Positions 18,476-29,200 of a stretch of DNA of 64,000 nt are shown one piece after another. Position numbers and translations under genes: made by a program. This stretch comes from an uncultured bacterium (lineage in GTDB: Bacteria > Acidobacteriota > Thermoanaerobaculia > Multivoradales > JAHZIX01). The stretch spans positions 256,001 through 320,000 of the forward strand of contig CBDUPA010000003.1 in the NCBI GenBank assembly GCA_965368975.1, written 5' to 3'. The stretch's first letter is position 1, and each line of letters starts with the position of its first letter. The notes below the pieces were generated by a model. That model worked only from the letters and a program-made list of their open reading frames with translations, was not told the origin of the DNA and did not search any database.

Positions 18476-20302
18476 ATGTTGCACGAACGCATCCAAGAAC
18501 GCATCCGCGAGTTGCCCGACCGTCCGGGGATCTACCTCTTCCGGGATCCCGATGGCAAGCTCCTCTACGTCGGCAAGGCGAAATCGTTGCGCAGCCGGGC
18601 CGGCAGCTACGGTGCTCGCGACCACGATCCCCGTATCGCGACCATGCTGGCCGAGGCCACCGACCTCGAAACCGTCATCACGGACTCCGAGGCGGAAGCG
18701 CTGCTGCTCGAGAACAACTGGATCAAGAACCACCGTCCGCGCTACAACATCCTGCTGCGCGACGACAAGACGTACCCCTATCTAAAGCTCACCGCTGATC
18801 CGTACCCTCGCCTCGCCTTCACTCGCCGCATCCGCGACGATGGTGCCGACTACTTCGGGCCTTTCCTGCCCGGGGGGCTGGCGCGCAAAGCGATCAAGCT
18901 GGTGCAGAAGCTCTTCGGCATCCGTGTCTGCCGCATCGAGATCGACGGCAAGCTGCCGCGTCCGTGTCTCTATCACGACATGCACCGGTGCCTCGGCCCG
19001 TGCGTCGCCGGTCTGACCACACCTGAAGCCTATGCTGAAGCCGTCGAGCAAACGCGTCTCTTCCTTGCCGGCCGAACCGAAGCGCTACTCAAGCGGCTCA
19101 AGGCCGAAATGTGGCAAGCCGCCGAAGCAGAGAATTACGAAGAGGCGGCGCGCTTGCGCGACACCGTTGCTGAGATCGATGCGGTCAGCCAGCGACGGAA
19201 GTTGTCGTCGACGCGCGGTGAGGATGTCGACTTGTACGGTCTCCACATCGCGGGCGGCGATGCTGCCGTCTCGATCCTGGTCATGCGCGGCGGCCACGTC
19301 CTCGATCGACGTGAGCTGTTCTGGGAGAAGGCCGGCGACGTGGCTCCCGAGCGCTTGTTGTCCGAAGTCCTGCCGCAGATCTATGACCGCACGACGGCGA
19401 TTCCCAAAGAGATCCACTTGCCCGTACCGATCGACGGAGAAGAAGTCTTGCTCGACTGGCTATCCGAGCGTAAAGGGGAGAAGGTCTATCTACGCTTGCC
19501 CGCGCGCGGCCCCAAGGCGCAGCGTCTCGCTGTCGCCAAGCGCAACGCCGAGCTCGCCTTCCGTCGCCGCTTCCGCAGCGCCAGCGCCGGCCAGGAGGCC
19601 GCGACGCTGCTGGCCGAAGAGCTGCAGCTCAGCGAGGCCCCCAATCGCATCGAAGGCTTCGACATCTCCAACTTCCAGGGGGCCGAGATGGTTGCGTCGA
19701 TGGTGGTGTGGGAAGGTGGGCGCATGCAGAAGAAGGAATACAGGAGCTTCAACATCCGCGGCCTTCCAGGTCAGGACGACTTCGCTGCACTCAACCAGGC
19801 GGTGGACCGCCGCTACCGTCGCCGCCTGGAGGAAGTCGGCGAAATGCCCGACCTCATCCTCATCGACGGTGGCCGCGGCCAGCTCAACGCCGCTCTGGAA
19901 GCCCTGGCCGGCCTGGGCGTCGAGGAAACGCCGATCGTTTCGCTGGCCAAGCGCGAAGAAGAGATCTACCTGCCGGAGCAGCCACTACCGCTCAAGCTCA
20001 GCAAGCACAGCCCGGCCTTGAGGCTGCTGCAGCAGATCCGCGACGAAAGCCACCGCTTCGCCGTCAGCCGTCACCGCGCGCGTCGCGGCAAGGGCACCCT
20101 GCGCAGCCGTCTCGATGACCTCAGCGGCATCGGCACGACCCGGCGCAAGCAGCTGCTGCGCAAGTTCGGTAGCCTCAACGGTGTCCAGGAGGCGAGTCTG
20201 GAGGCGCTGCAGGGGGAGTTGGGACCGGTTGTCGGAGCCAAAGTCTTCAGCCAGTTGCACCCGGAACTGGCGGCGTCGCGCGGGCAGGCAGAGGCCAGGT
20301 AA
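18476..20302 (+). CDS. uvrC: excinuclease ABC subunit C
   Basis: LPDRPGIY, YVGKAKSLRSR GIY-YIG, RIEGFDIS, LIDGGRGQL, RDESHRFA, HhH. Confidence 0.98.
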   Translation: MLHERIQERIRELPDRPGIYLFRDPDGKLLYVGKAKSLRSRAGSYGARDHDPRIATMLAEATDLETVITDSEAEALLLENNWIKNHRPRYNILLRDDKTYPYLKLTADPYPRLAFTRRIRDDGADYFGPFLPGGLARKAIKLVQKLFGIRVCRIEIDGKLPRPCLYHDMHRCLGPCVAGLTTPEAYAEAVEQTRLFLAGRTEALLKRLKAEMWQAAEAENYEEAARLRDTVAEIDAVSQRRKLSSTRGEDVDLYGLHIAGGDAAVSILVMRGGHVLDRRELFWEKAGDVAPERLLSEVLPQIYDRTTAIPKEIHLPVPIDGEEVLLDWLSERKGEKVYLRLPARGPKAQRLAVAKRNAELAFRRRFRSASAGQEAATLLAEELQLSEAPNRIEGFDISNFQGAEMVASMVVWEGGRMQKKEYRSFNIRGLPGQDDFAALNQAVDRRYRRRLEEVGEMPDLILIDGGRGQLNAALEALAGLGVEETPIVSLAKREEEIYLPEQPLPLKLSKHSPALRLLQQIRDESHRFAVSRHRARRGKGTLRSRLDDLSGIGTTRRKQLLRKFGSLNGVQEASLEALQGELGPVVGAKVFSQLHPELAASRGQAEAR

Positions 20303-20353
20303 GATCGGGGAGCCACTCTACGGTAGCAAAGAGCCTGAACGAAACAGCTCGAC

Positions 20354-20821
20354 CTAGTTCACCGTCTCGAACTCGGTCTGGCCGATGTACTTGGAGATGA
20401 TCGCAGCCAGGCTGAGGCGGTAGGCGTCGGCCGCGCCTTTCTGCGTTTCCGATGCGGCGACCACGCGTTCGAAGTGCTGGTACAGCCAAGCCGGCCAGGG
20501 GGACCGAGTCAGCTCGGCGGCCAGCAGGGTAGGGCCGCCTTTCTGGCGGCGTAGAGGACTGAGCGTTTCGCGCCAGACGTCCAGCAGTTTGTGGTCGGTG
20601 AGCGCGGCGGGAGAGACGAGGACGACGATCCAGCGCGCTTCGGCCGGGACTTCAGGCGCGACGATCCCGTCGGACGCGATCTCCAGCTGGACGTCGACGT
20701 GCGGGTTGAGCTGTCGTAGGTGCGTGCGTAGATCTGCGGCGAAGGCTTCTGCCGGTCCACGATCCCTCTCCGGAGCGGTGATCCACCAGAGTTCGGGCTG
20801 CCATCTCAGGTTGGCTTGCAT
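20354..20821 (-). CDS. hypothetical protein, degenerate TIR-like fold
   Basis: DRGPAEAFAADL ... WIVVLVSPAAL ... WRE pattern resembles TIR_2; 3 bp after the GNAT gene. Confidence 0.45.
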   Translation of the reverse strand: MQANLRWQPELWWITAPERDRGPAEAFAADLRTHLRQLNPHVDVQLEIASDGIVAPEVPAEARWIVVLVSPAALTDHKLLDVWRETLSPLRRQKGGPTLLAAELTRSPWPAWLYQHFERVVAASETQKGAADAYRLSLAAIISKYIGQTEFETVN

Positions 20822-20824
20822 TCG

Positions 20825-21490
20825 TCAGGAGAATAGCGGAAGACTCACGGGCTTGAGTGCTTCCAGGCGCTCGCGCAGCGTCTTGGTCATGTCGCGGAAC
20901 ATCTTGTTCTTCTTGCTCTTCAAGCGGTGGTACGAACGCACGATGTCGAGAACCAGGATGATCCGCACGCTGTTGCAGTGCAGCTCGCCGTAGCGGTGGG
21001 TACCGATGCGCTGGAAACCCAGGACGCGGGTGTGGAACTGCAGCGGCGAGTGCGGGTCGTTCTCGAACACGTCGGTGATGAAGTGCGTGTAGCCACGCTC
21101 GGCGACCTCGGTGATCCCGGCCAGCATCAGGTGGATGGCGACGCGCATGTTGCGCCGGTACTTGTCCTTGATCATGAAGCGACCGACCTCGACGAAGCGG
21201 CACAGGCGCGCGACGGCATCCAGGTCGATGTCCTGGTCGAGCTTGGATTCGAAGTCCGTGGGCAGCTCGAGTGGTGGATCGTAGGCCATGCGGATGACAC
21301 CCGCGGGTTCGCCTTCGACGCGCACCAGGAACCAGGAGAACTTCTCGTTGGTCTGGTAGTCCTCCGGAATCTCGCTCTGCAGGTCGTTGATCCAGTTCTT
21401 CTCCTGCAGGTAGACCTCTTGGAAAACGCCGAGGGCGTCCTGACGGTCTTGCTCGGTCAGCACCTTGGTGCTAGTGATCTCAGCTCTCAT
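20825..21490 (-). CDS. GNAT-fold N-acyltransferase (FeeM/OlsB/LuxI-like)
   Basis: VFQEVYLQEKNW, PAGVIRM, RFVEVGRFMI, RVLGFQRIG; SD AAGGGAG. Confidence 0.75.
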   Translation of the reverse strand: MRAEITSTKVLTEQDRQDALGVFQEVYLQEKNWINDLQSEIPEDYQTNEKFSWFLVRVEGEPAGVIRMAYDPPLELPTDFESKLDQDIDLDAVARLCRFVEVGRFMIKDKYRRNMRVAIHLMLAGITEVAERGYTHFITDVFENDPHSPLQFHTRVLGFQRIGTHRYGELHCNSVRIILVLDIVRSYHRLKSKKNKMFRDMTKTLRERLEALKPVSLPLFS

Positions 21491-21535
21491 GGCATCTCCC
21501 TTGGGGGGCTCCGGGAGGAGCAGTCGGTCGTTGGC

Positions 21536-22330
21536 TCACGTATCGTACGGGTAGCACTTGTTGCAGAGAGGTTCGAGCGCCTTCATGACGCGGGTCACGA
21601 TGGCACGAGCATGCCGTCGAGCTCGCTTCTTGCGGCCCTCGTCGTCGAGATGGGGATCTTGGGGCGGTCCTCGAAAGGCGGCTCGCTCGGCACTGAAGTC
21701 CAGCGGTTCGCCGACTCTCACGACGATGTGTCCGAAGGACGGAATGTGGCCGGTTTTCTGCTTGCATGGGAAGTCGATACCTATCGGCACGACAGGAACA
21801 TCGCAGGCCAGCACCAGGTAGCCCAGGCCGGTCCGCGCTCGCAGCAGCTTGTCCGGGTCGCGGTTGCGCGTGCCTTCGGGGAAGATGCCGACGCTCATGT
21901 CTTCCTCTTCCAGGCGCTGCTTGCACAGGTCGACCACCGACAGGTGCTTGTGCGCTTGGCGATAGCTCTCGCCGATCTTCCAGCGCGCCGGCTTGGTGTA
22001 GACAGGTACGGGTTTGACGTAGCGCATCAAGTGCCCGAGGATCGGAATCTTCGTGTACATCCAGTCGACCATGAAGGTCAAGAGGCGGCCGTGCCGGCGG
22101 TAGATCAGCGTGGCCGGTACGACGATGACCTCGGACGAGTTGTTGTGGTTGAAGGCGAAGATCACCGGTTCCTGCAAGCGGTCGAGGATCTCTTGGCCCT
22201 CGAGGTCCGCCGTGAAGGCGAAGAACAAGACCCAGGCACGCAGGAGGAAGCGTCCGTGCCAGGGCAGTGGATGCAGGATCTCGAAGGTCAGAGCGTGCCT
22301 GCAGTGACGGAACCATTTCTTCAATCCCAT
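21536..22330 (-). CDS. lysophospholipid acyltransferase (PlsC-like)
   Basis: NHNNSSE (HX4E), IFPEGTRN, VPVVPIGI. Start 22330 or 22414. Confidence 0.88.
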   Translation of the reverse strand: MGLKKWFRHCRHALTFEILHPLPWHGRFLLRAWVLFFAFTADLEGQEILDRLQEPVIFAFNHNNSSEVIVVPATLIYRRHGRLLTFMVDWMYTKIPILGHLMRYVKPVPVYTKPARWKIGESYRQAHKHLSVVDLCKQRLEEEDMSVGIFPEGTRNRDPDKLLRARTGLGYLVLACDVPVVPIGIDFPCKQKTGHIPSFGHIVVRVGEPLDFSAERAAFRGPPQDPHLDDEGRKKRARRHARAIVTRVMKALEPLCNKCYPYDT

Positions 22331-22725
22331 GGAGTGATCGGGACTTCGTGCATCCACACCGTGTGGAAAGAACTCGAAGTCCGAACTGTGTAGCCGCAGG
22401 TTACGCGGCCGCATTGGCGATTCCGTGTTGTTGGCATGACGTTTCTGTGACGGCGTTTCTTGGATCAGGTATCGGTCGGAAGTCGGTCAGTGTCTTCGGT
22501 CAGTGTCTGCAGACAAGGTATCCAGACTTGCATATCGGATGATGTACCTGGAGTTGGGGTCTGAATGTGCCGTCTGCGTGGACCGTCTGACTATACTTCC
22601 GTAAACCCTGGGATTCTACCAGCATCGACACGGTTGAACAATGTCTCTACGACTCTGCCGGGCCTCTTGCGTGTTTCCACGGCGCCTGACAGGGAGCGGG
22701 TGTATGCGGTATGCTGCGCCGCACG

Positions 22726-24300
22726 ATGAACGCGAAATCCGAATCTCTCAGTATAGGTCGGCGGGTCGTGGGACGGATGCTGGCACTGACACTCGCAACC
22801 GGGGTCGTGGCTGGCTTGGCTGCCTGCGCCGGACCGGCGACGGAACCGGCCGATGGGGCTGGCGAGGGGCCGCGGCGCTCGCTGGCGTTGGAGCCGTGTC
22901 ACCTCTCGACATTCGGCTTGCCGCAGCGCGTCGAGGCCGAGTGTGGCACGCTCGAAGTGGCCGAGAATCCGGACGACCCCGAAGGTCGCCGCATCGAACT
23001 CTTCGTCGCCGTGCTGCCGGCGGTCAGCCGCAACGCACAGCCGGACCCGCTGTTCCTGCTCGCAGGTGGCCCCGGCCAGGCGGCGAGCGAGGCCTTCCTG
23101 TCGACGCTCGGGCTGCTCGATGCGATCAACAAGGAGCGCGACCTGGTGCTGGTCGACCAGCGAGGTACTGGCAAGTCGAACCGTCTGCAGTGCTTCGAAG
23201 ACTTGGCGCTGGACGAGCTCATCGAAGCTGGGGAAGATGCCATCCTGGACTTGGTGGAGCAGTGCCGTGACGCGCTCGCCGAGACGGCCGATCCACGCTT
23301 CTATACGACGCCGATCGCCATGGACGATCTGGACGCCGTACGTGCGGCGCTCGGCTACGAACAGATCAATCTCTATGGTGTTTCCTATGGCACGCGCGCG
23401 GCGCTGACCTACCTGCAGCGCCACGAAGACCGCGTGCGTTCGGTGATCCTCGACAGCGTCGTGCCGCAAGATCTGGCTCTCGGCTCGACGGTGGCGCGCG
23501 ACGCCCAGCGCGCCGCGGATCTGATCTTCGAGCGCTGCGCCGCCGATGCTGGCTGTGCCGAAGCCTACCCGGACGTTGCTGGGCAACTCGATGCGCTGCT
23601 GACTCGACTCGAAACCTCTCCCCGGACCGTCGAGTTGGCGCACCCGCTGAGTGGCGAGCACACCGAGGTGCGAATGACCCGCGATGTCGTCGCCAGCACC
23701 GTCCGCCTGCTGTCCTATACGCCCGAGACGGCGGGGCTGCTGCCACTGCTCATCCACCAGGCGAACACCGTCGGCGATCTGGTGCCGCTGGCGGCGCAGG
23801 GGGTGCAGATCGGCGGCAACCTGAGCGCCAGTCTGGCCGCTGGCATGGCCTATTCGGTGCAATGCGCCGAGGACGCACCCTTCCTGGATGCGGAGCAGGC
23901 CAAGGCCTGGGGCGAGAGTTCCTACCTCGGCGACTTTGCCGCCACCATGGCGGAGCTGTGTGAGATTTGGCCGCGCGGGGAAGTACCAGAAGGCTTCAAG
24001 ATGCCGGTGACTTCCGACGTGCCAGTGCTGCTGCTGTCCGGGCAGGTGGATCCGGTGACGCCGCCAGAATACGGCGACCGCGCCGCTGCGACCCTCGCCA
24101 ACAGTCTGCATCTGGTGGCACCCGGACAGGGACACAACGTATTGCCCCGCGGCTGTGTGCGGCGGATTGCGGAAGATTTCCTCGAAGGTGTCGGGGGCGT
24201 TGCTGATTCCGGATCACGCTTGCCGGAACTGGAGACCGAGTGTGTCCAGGATCTGGAGCCGATGCCTTTCTTCCTGAGTTTCACAGGGCCCAGCGCTTGA
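22726..24300 (+). CDS. alpha/beta hydrolase lipoprotein (TAP-like peptidase family)
   Basis: AGGPG, DQRGTG, GVSYG nucleophile, DPVTP, GHN; lipobox LAAC. Start 22711-22768. Confidence 0.9.
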   Translation: MNAKSESLSIGRRVVGRMLALTLATGVVAGLAACAGPATEPADGAGEGPRRSLALEPCHLSTFGLPQRVEAECGTLEVAENPDDPEGRRIELFVAVLPAVSRNAQPDPLFLLAGGPGQAASEAFLSTLGLLDAINKERDLVLVDQRGTGKSNRLQCFEDLALDELIEAGEDAILDLVEQCRDALAETADPRFYTTPIAMDDLDAVRAALGYEQINLYGVSYGTRAALTYLQRHEDRVRSVILDSVVPQDLALGSTVARDAQRAADLIFERCAADAGCAEAYPDVAGQLDALLTRLETSPRTVELAHPLSGEHTEVRMTRDVVASTVRLLSYTPETAGLLPLLIHQANTVGDLVPLAAQGVQIGGNLSASLAAGMAYSVQCAEDAPFLDAEQAKAWGESSYLGDFAATMAELCEIWPRGEVPEGFKMPVTSDVPVLLLSGQVDPVTPPEYGDRAAATLANSLHLVAPGQGHNVLPRGCVRRIAEDFLEGVGGVADSGSRLPELETECVQDLEPMPFFLSFTGPSA

Positions 24301-24313
24301 GGAGATCTCCCAG

Positions 24314-25045
24314 ATGATCCAAGTCGAAAACCTGAGCAAGAGCTTCGGCGACGTGACCGCGGTGGACGGCGTCAGCTTCGAGGTACCGGACGGCCGTATC
24401 ACCGGCCTGTTGGGGCCCAACGGCGCCGGCAAGACCACCACGCTGCGCATGCTCTACACCGTTCTGAATCCGGATTCCGGCCATGCCCGTGTCGACGGGC
24501 ACGAGAGCACGACGGACCCACAGGAGGTCCAGCGCCGCATCGGCGTCTTGCCGGACAGTCGCGGCCTCTATCCACGCCTGACGGCGCGCGAGAACATTCG
24601 CTACTACGGCCGGCTGCACGGCCTGAAAGGCGCCGAACTCGACGCCAGTATCGACCGTCTGGCCGATCTCCTCGACATGGGCGACATCCTCGATCGGCGC
24701 ACCGAGGGCTTCTCGACTGGGGAGAACCTGAAGGTGGCGATCGCTCGCGCGCTGGTGCACGGGCCGCAGAACGTCATGCTCGACGAGCCGACCAACGGCC
24801 TCGACGTGATGAGCACGCGCGCCATGCGCGCCTTCATTCGCCGGCTGCGCGACGACGGCAAGTGTGTGCTGTTCTCCAGTCACATCATGCAGGAGGTGGC
24901 TGCCCTGTGTGAACACATCGTGATCATCGACCACGGCAAGGTTGTCGCCCAGGGGTCCCCGGACGAGCTGCGCGAGCAGACCGGCAAGGACGACCTGGAA
25001 GACGCCTTCGTGGCGGCCATCGGTTCCGCGGAGGGCTTGGGCTGA
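24314..25045 (+). CDS. ABC transporter ATP-binding protein (NatA-like)
   Basis: GPNGAGKTT, FSTGE, LDEPTNGLD, SSH. Confidence 0.93.
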   Translation: MIQVENLSKSFGDVTAVDGVSFEVPDGRITGLLGPNGAGKTTTLRMLYTVLNPDSGHARVDGHESTTDPQEVQRRIGVLPDSRGLYPRLTARENIRYYGRLHGLKGAELDASIDRLADLLDMGDILDRRTEGFSTGENLKVAIARALVHGPQNVMLDEPTNGLDVMSTRAMRAFIRRLRDDGKCVLFSSHIMQEVAALCEHIVIIDHGKVVAQGSPDELREQTGKDDLEDAFVAAIGSAEGLG

Positions 25046-26223
25046 TGTTCGAACGCGTCAAGGTCATCATGATGAAGGAGCTGGTGGACAACACCCGCGA
25101 CAGGCGCACGCTGGCGGCGTCCCTGGCCTATCCGCTGCTGGGACCGGCCATGATGGTGGTGATGTTCATGGTTCTGGGGAGTGTGCTGCAGGAAGGGGCC
25201 GAGAAGCCACTGGAGCTGCCGGTGATCGGTGCCGAGCACGCGCCCAACCTGATGCAGTTCTTGGAGCAGCACAACACGATCCTCGTCGAGCCGCCGGAAG
25301 ACCCGGAAGGCGAGGTGCGCGCGGGCGATGTCGACGTGGTGCTGATCATCCCGGAGGACTTCGCCGAGAACTTCGAGGCCGGGCAACCTGCTGCCGTGCG
25401 CTTGGTGCAGGACGAGACGCGAACCTCCGCGACGTCCGACATCCGGCGAGCCCGTGCGCTGATCAGCGCCTATGACAATCAGATCGGCAGACTGCGCCTG
25501 ATGGCTCGTGGCCTGAGTCCGGCCATCATCGACCCGGTGACCATTGAGACGATCAGCGTCGCGACCGATCAGAGCCGCGCCGCCAGCCTCCTGTTCATTG
25601 CGCCCTACTTCATCATCTTTGCCGTCTTCCTGGGCGGGATGTACCTGGCGATCGACACGACGGCGGGTGAGCGCGAGCGCAAGTCTTTGGAACCCCTGCT
25701 GGTCAACCCGGCCCGTCGTGGTGAATTCGTGCTCGGCAAGTACGGAGCGACGGTGGTCTTCACCTTGGTCGCGGTGATCGAAACCCTGATTGCCTTCGGC
25801 ATCGTGTTCAACAAGGTGCCTCTAGAGGACTATCTGGGCATCCGTGTCCACATCAGCACGTCAGCGATGCTCGGCATGTTTGGCATCGCGCTACCGATGG
25901 TCTTCTTGGCACCCGCGCTGCAGCTGATCATCGCGACGTTTACGCGCAGTTTCAAGGAGGCCCAGAACTACCTGGGCATCCTGCCTTTGGTACCCGCGCT
26001 CCCCGGCATGGTGCTGGCGCTGATGCCGATCAAGCCGAAGCTGTGGATGATGCTGATTCCGACACTCGGCCAGCAGCTGCACATCAACAAGCTGATGCGC
26101 GGTGAGTTCTTGGACCCGCTGCAGGTCGCGGTTTCCGCGGTGGCGACGCTGATCGCGGCCGCCTTGCTGCTGTGGGTGGCGGCGCGTATGTATCAGAGCG
26201 AGAAGGTCGTCTTCGGGCGCTGA
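25045..26223 (+). CDS. ABC-2 permease (NatB-like)
   Basis: KELVDNTRDRRT, AGERERKSLEPLL, RSFKEAQ; TGATG coupling. Confidence 0.9.
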   Translation: MFERVKVIMMKELVDNTRDRRTLAASLAYPLLGPAMMVVMFMVLGSVLQEGAEKPLELPVIGAEHAPNLMQFLEQHNTILVEPPEDPEGEVRAGDVDVVLIIPEDFAENFEAGQPAAVRLVQDETRTSATSDIRRARALISAYDNQIGRLRLMARGLSPAIIDPVTIETISVATDQSRAASLLFIAPYFIIFAVFLGGMYLAIDTTAGERERKSLEPLLVNPARRGEFVLGKYGATVVFTLVAVIETLIAFGIVFNKVPLEDYLGIRVHISTSAMLGMFGIALPMVFLAPALQLIIATFTRSFKEAQNYLGILPLVPALPGMVLALMPIKPKLWMMLIPTLGQQLHINKLMRGEFLDPLQVAVSAVATLIAAALLLWVAARMYQSEKVVFGR

Positions 26224-26227
26224 CGTC

Positions 26228-29200
26228 ATGACGCTCCAGGTCGGGGCCTTGGAATCTTGGGCCCTTCAGCTGCAAACCCATTGGCAGCTGGAGAGGGTGA
26301 GTTTGCATCGCCTGCCTGGTGAGTACGATCTCAACCTGGCGGTCGAAGGGCCGGTGCGAGCGGTGCTGAAGGTCATGCGGCCGGACTGTGAGCGGTCTCT
26401 GGTCGAGATGCAGATCGCCGCACTCGAGCATATACATCGGTCGGCCGAAACCAGAACTACGCTCCCTGTTCCCCGCGTGCTCCCAGCCGCGAACGGAAGC
26501 TCTGTCGTCAAGTTCCAGGGAGAAGGCGGAACTCCTCGCCTGGCCTGGATGTGTTCTTGGCTCGAGGGGAACCGGTGGGTCGATACTCGGCCCTGTACCT
26601 GGGACCTACTGGGTCAGCTGGGACGTGCCACGGGGGAGCTCGATAGGGCGCTTGTCTCTTTCGAGCATGCTGCGCTGGATCGACCGTTGAAGTGGGATCT
26701 GCAGCAGCCGTTGTGGGTACGTGATGCGCTGCCGTTGGTTACGGACGGGGCGCGTCGGCGATGGCTCGAGGCAGTTCTACAGCGCTTCGAGACCGATTGC
26801 TCGCCTCAGCTGAAGGAGCTGCCACGGCAGGCCGTCCACAATGACGTGAACGATTACAACGTTCTCTGTCGCATGGACTTGGAAGGAAGAGCTGAAGTAA
26901 CAGGTATTGTCGACTTCGGCGATATGACGCGGGCGCCGGTGATCTGCGAACTCGCCATTGCCGCGGCGTATGCACTCTTGGGACAAGAACGTCCCGTCGA
27001 GGCGGTCGCAGCCCTGCTGGAAGGCTATGTCTCGGTACGTTCCCTCGAGGCGGCCGAGGTCGAGATGCTGTGGCCCTTGATCTTGACGCGATTGGCGGTC
27101 AGTGCGCTCAACGCCGCCCAGATGCAGCGTGAGCGTCCCAATGACCCTTACGTCATGGTGTCACAGGAACCGATAGAGGCCTTCCTGTGCCGCTTGCCTC
27201 AGATTTCCGAGGCTTACGTGCGTGCCCGCCTACGGCGTGCCGCAGGCTTGGAGCCGATCGTCGGTGCGGCGTCCCTGTCGGTTGCGATCGAGTCGGCGAA
27301 AGCCAAGGGAGATTGGGCTCCTGTCTTCAAGGATGTCGATCTTGCGGTAGCGCCTGTCGCTGACCTTGGCGTGACCGGCGATGAGGCACCGCAGGACCCT
27401 CTGGCGCCAGATATCAGGCAGGTTGACGCTGCAGTTGCAGCCCTGACAAGACCCGGGGTGCCTGTCCTCGGTCGGTACGCCGAGCCACGCTTGCTGTATG
27501 CGGCGCCTGCCTTCTTCCGCGGTGACCACCCGGCGAGTGACCGGCGAACGGTGCACTTGGGAATCGACGTTTTCCTGCCAGCCGGCACCCCGGTTCGGGC
27601 GCCCCTCGAGGGGAGCGTGCATTCGGTCGAGATTTGTGCCGGACCCTTGGATTACGGCGCTGTCGTCACGCTGCGGCACGACGACGGGGCAGTTGGCCCC
27701 TTCTTCACGCTATATGGTCACCTGGCGCACGACGTGACCCGTTCTTTGAGCCCTGGCCAGAGAGTCTCGGCCGGTGAGGTGATCGCGCGACTGGGTGCGG
27801 TGGAGGAGAATGGCGGCTGGACACCGCACCTGCACTTCCAGTTGGGGCTGTTCGAGGCGCCGGGTTCCGCCTGGCCGGGCGCGGCGGATCCAGACGAATC
27901 GACTGAGTGGCTGGCCCTGTTTCCCGATCCTGCCTCGTTGCTCGGCTTGCCGCCTGGCCATGCCACTGCGCCCGAACTCTCGCCCCAGGATCTTCTGGCG
28001 CACCGCGGCAGGCATACGGTGTCCAACTTGAAGCTCTCCTACCGCGAACCAGTCACGGTGGTGCGTGGCTGGCGTTGCCTGCTGTTCGACGACCGAGGGC
28101 GTACCTACCTCGATGCCTACAACAACGTGCCGCACGTCGGACACGCGCATCCGCGGATCACCCGCGCCGCGCAACGGCAGCTGCGTCTGGTGAACACGAA
28201 CACGCGTTACCTGCAGCCGGCCTTCGAAACCTACGTGGAGGCGTTGACCAGGCGCTTGCCGGAGCCGCTGGATGTCTGTTTCTTGCTCAACTCCGCGAGT
28301 GAGGCCAATGATCTGGCAGTGCGGATAGCGCGTCGAGCCTCTGGCGGCGAGGACATGATTGTGTCGCAAGCCGGATACCACGGCATCACCAACCTGGCCT
28401 TGGCGCTGAGTGACTACAAGTTCAGTGGACCTGGCGGTGCCGGGCCTGACCCGTGGGTGCGCGTGGCACCGGTTCCGGACACCTTTCGTGGACCCTACAA
28501 GGAAGCGGATCCCTGTGCCGGGCAGAAGTACGCGGATGCGGTGCGACGGATCGTGGAGGAGATTCAGCGTGCAGGACGCGTGCTGGCTGGATTCATCTCC
28601 GAACCGTTTCCCAGCGTTGGTGGTCAGATCGTGCCGCCCGTCGGGTATCTGGAGTCGGTCTATGCGCACGTACGAGCTGCTGGCGGAATCTGTATCGCGG
28701 ATGAAGTACAAACCGGTCTTGGACGTCTAGGTCGCTTCCAGTGGGGCTTCGAGCAGCAGGGCGTGACGCCGGATATCGTAGTCCTCGGCAAGCCACTGGG
28801 CAACGGTTTTCCGCTTGCCGCGGTCGTGACCACTGCCGCCGTCGCAGAGACCTTCGCGGATCGGATGGAGTTCTTTTCCACCTTCGGAGGCTCGACGCTG
28901 TCGTGCGTCGTCGGCCTGGAGGTGCTACGAATCTTGGACGAGGAAGACCTTGCGGGGAATGCGGCCGAGGTCGGCGAGTTCCTGTTGGCCGGGTTGCGTG
29001 AGCTGGCGAGTACAACTCCGTGGATCGGTGACGTGCGTGGTCTAGGCTTCTTTCTCGGTGTCGAACTCGTCGAAGCGAATGGAACACCAGCAACCGAGCA
29101 AGCGGCCTACGTCAAGAATCGGTTGCGTGAGAAGCGCATCCTGATTGGTACCGATGGGCCGTTCGACAATGTGCTCAAGATTCGCCCACCGCTCTGTTTT

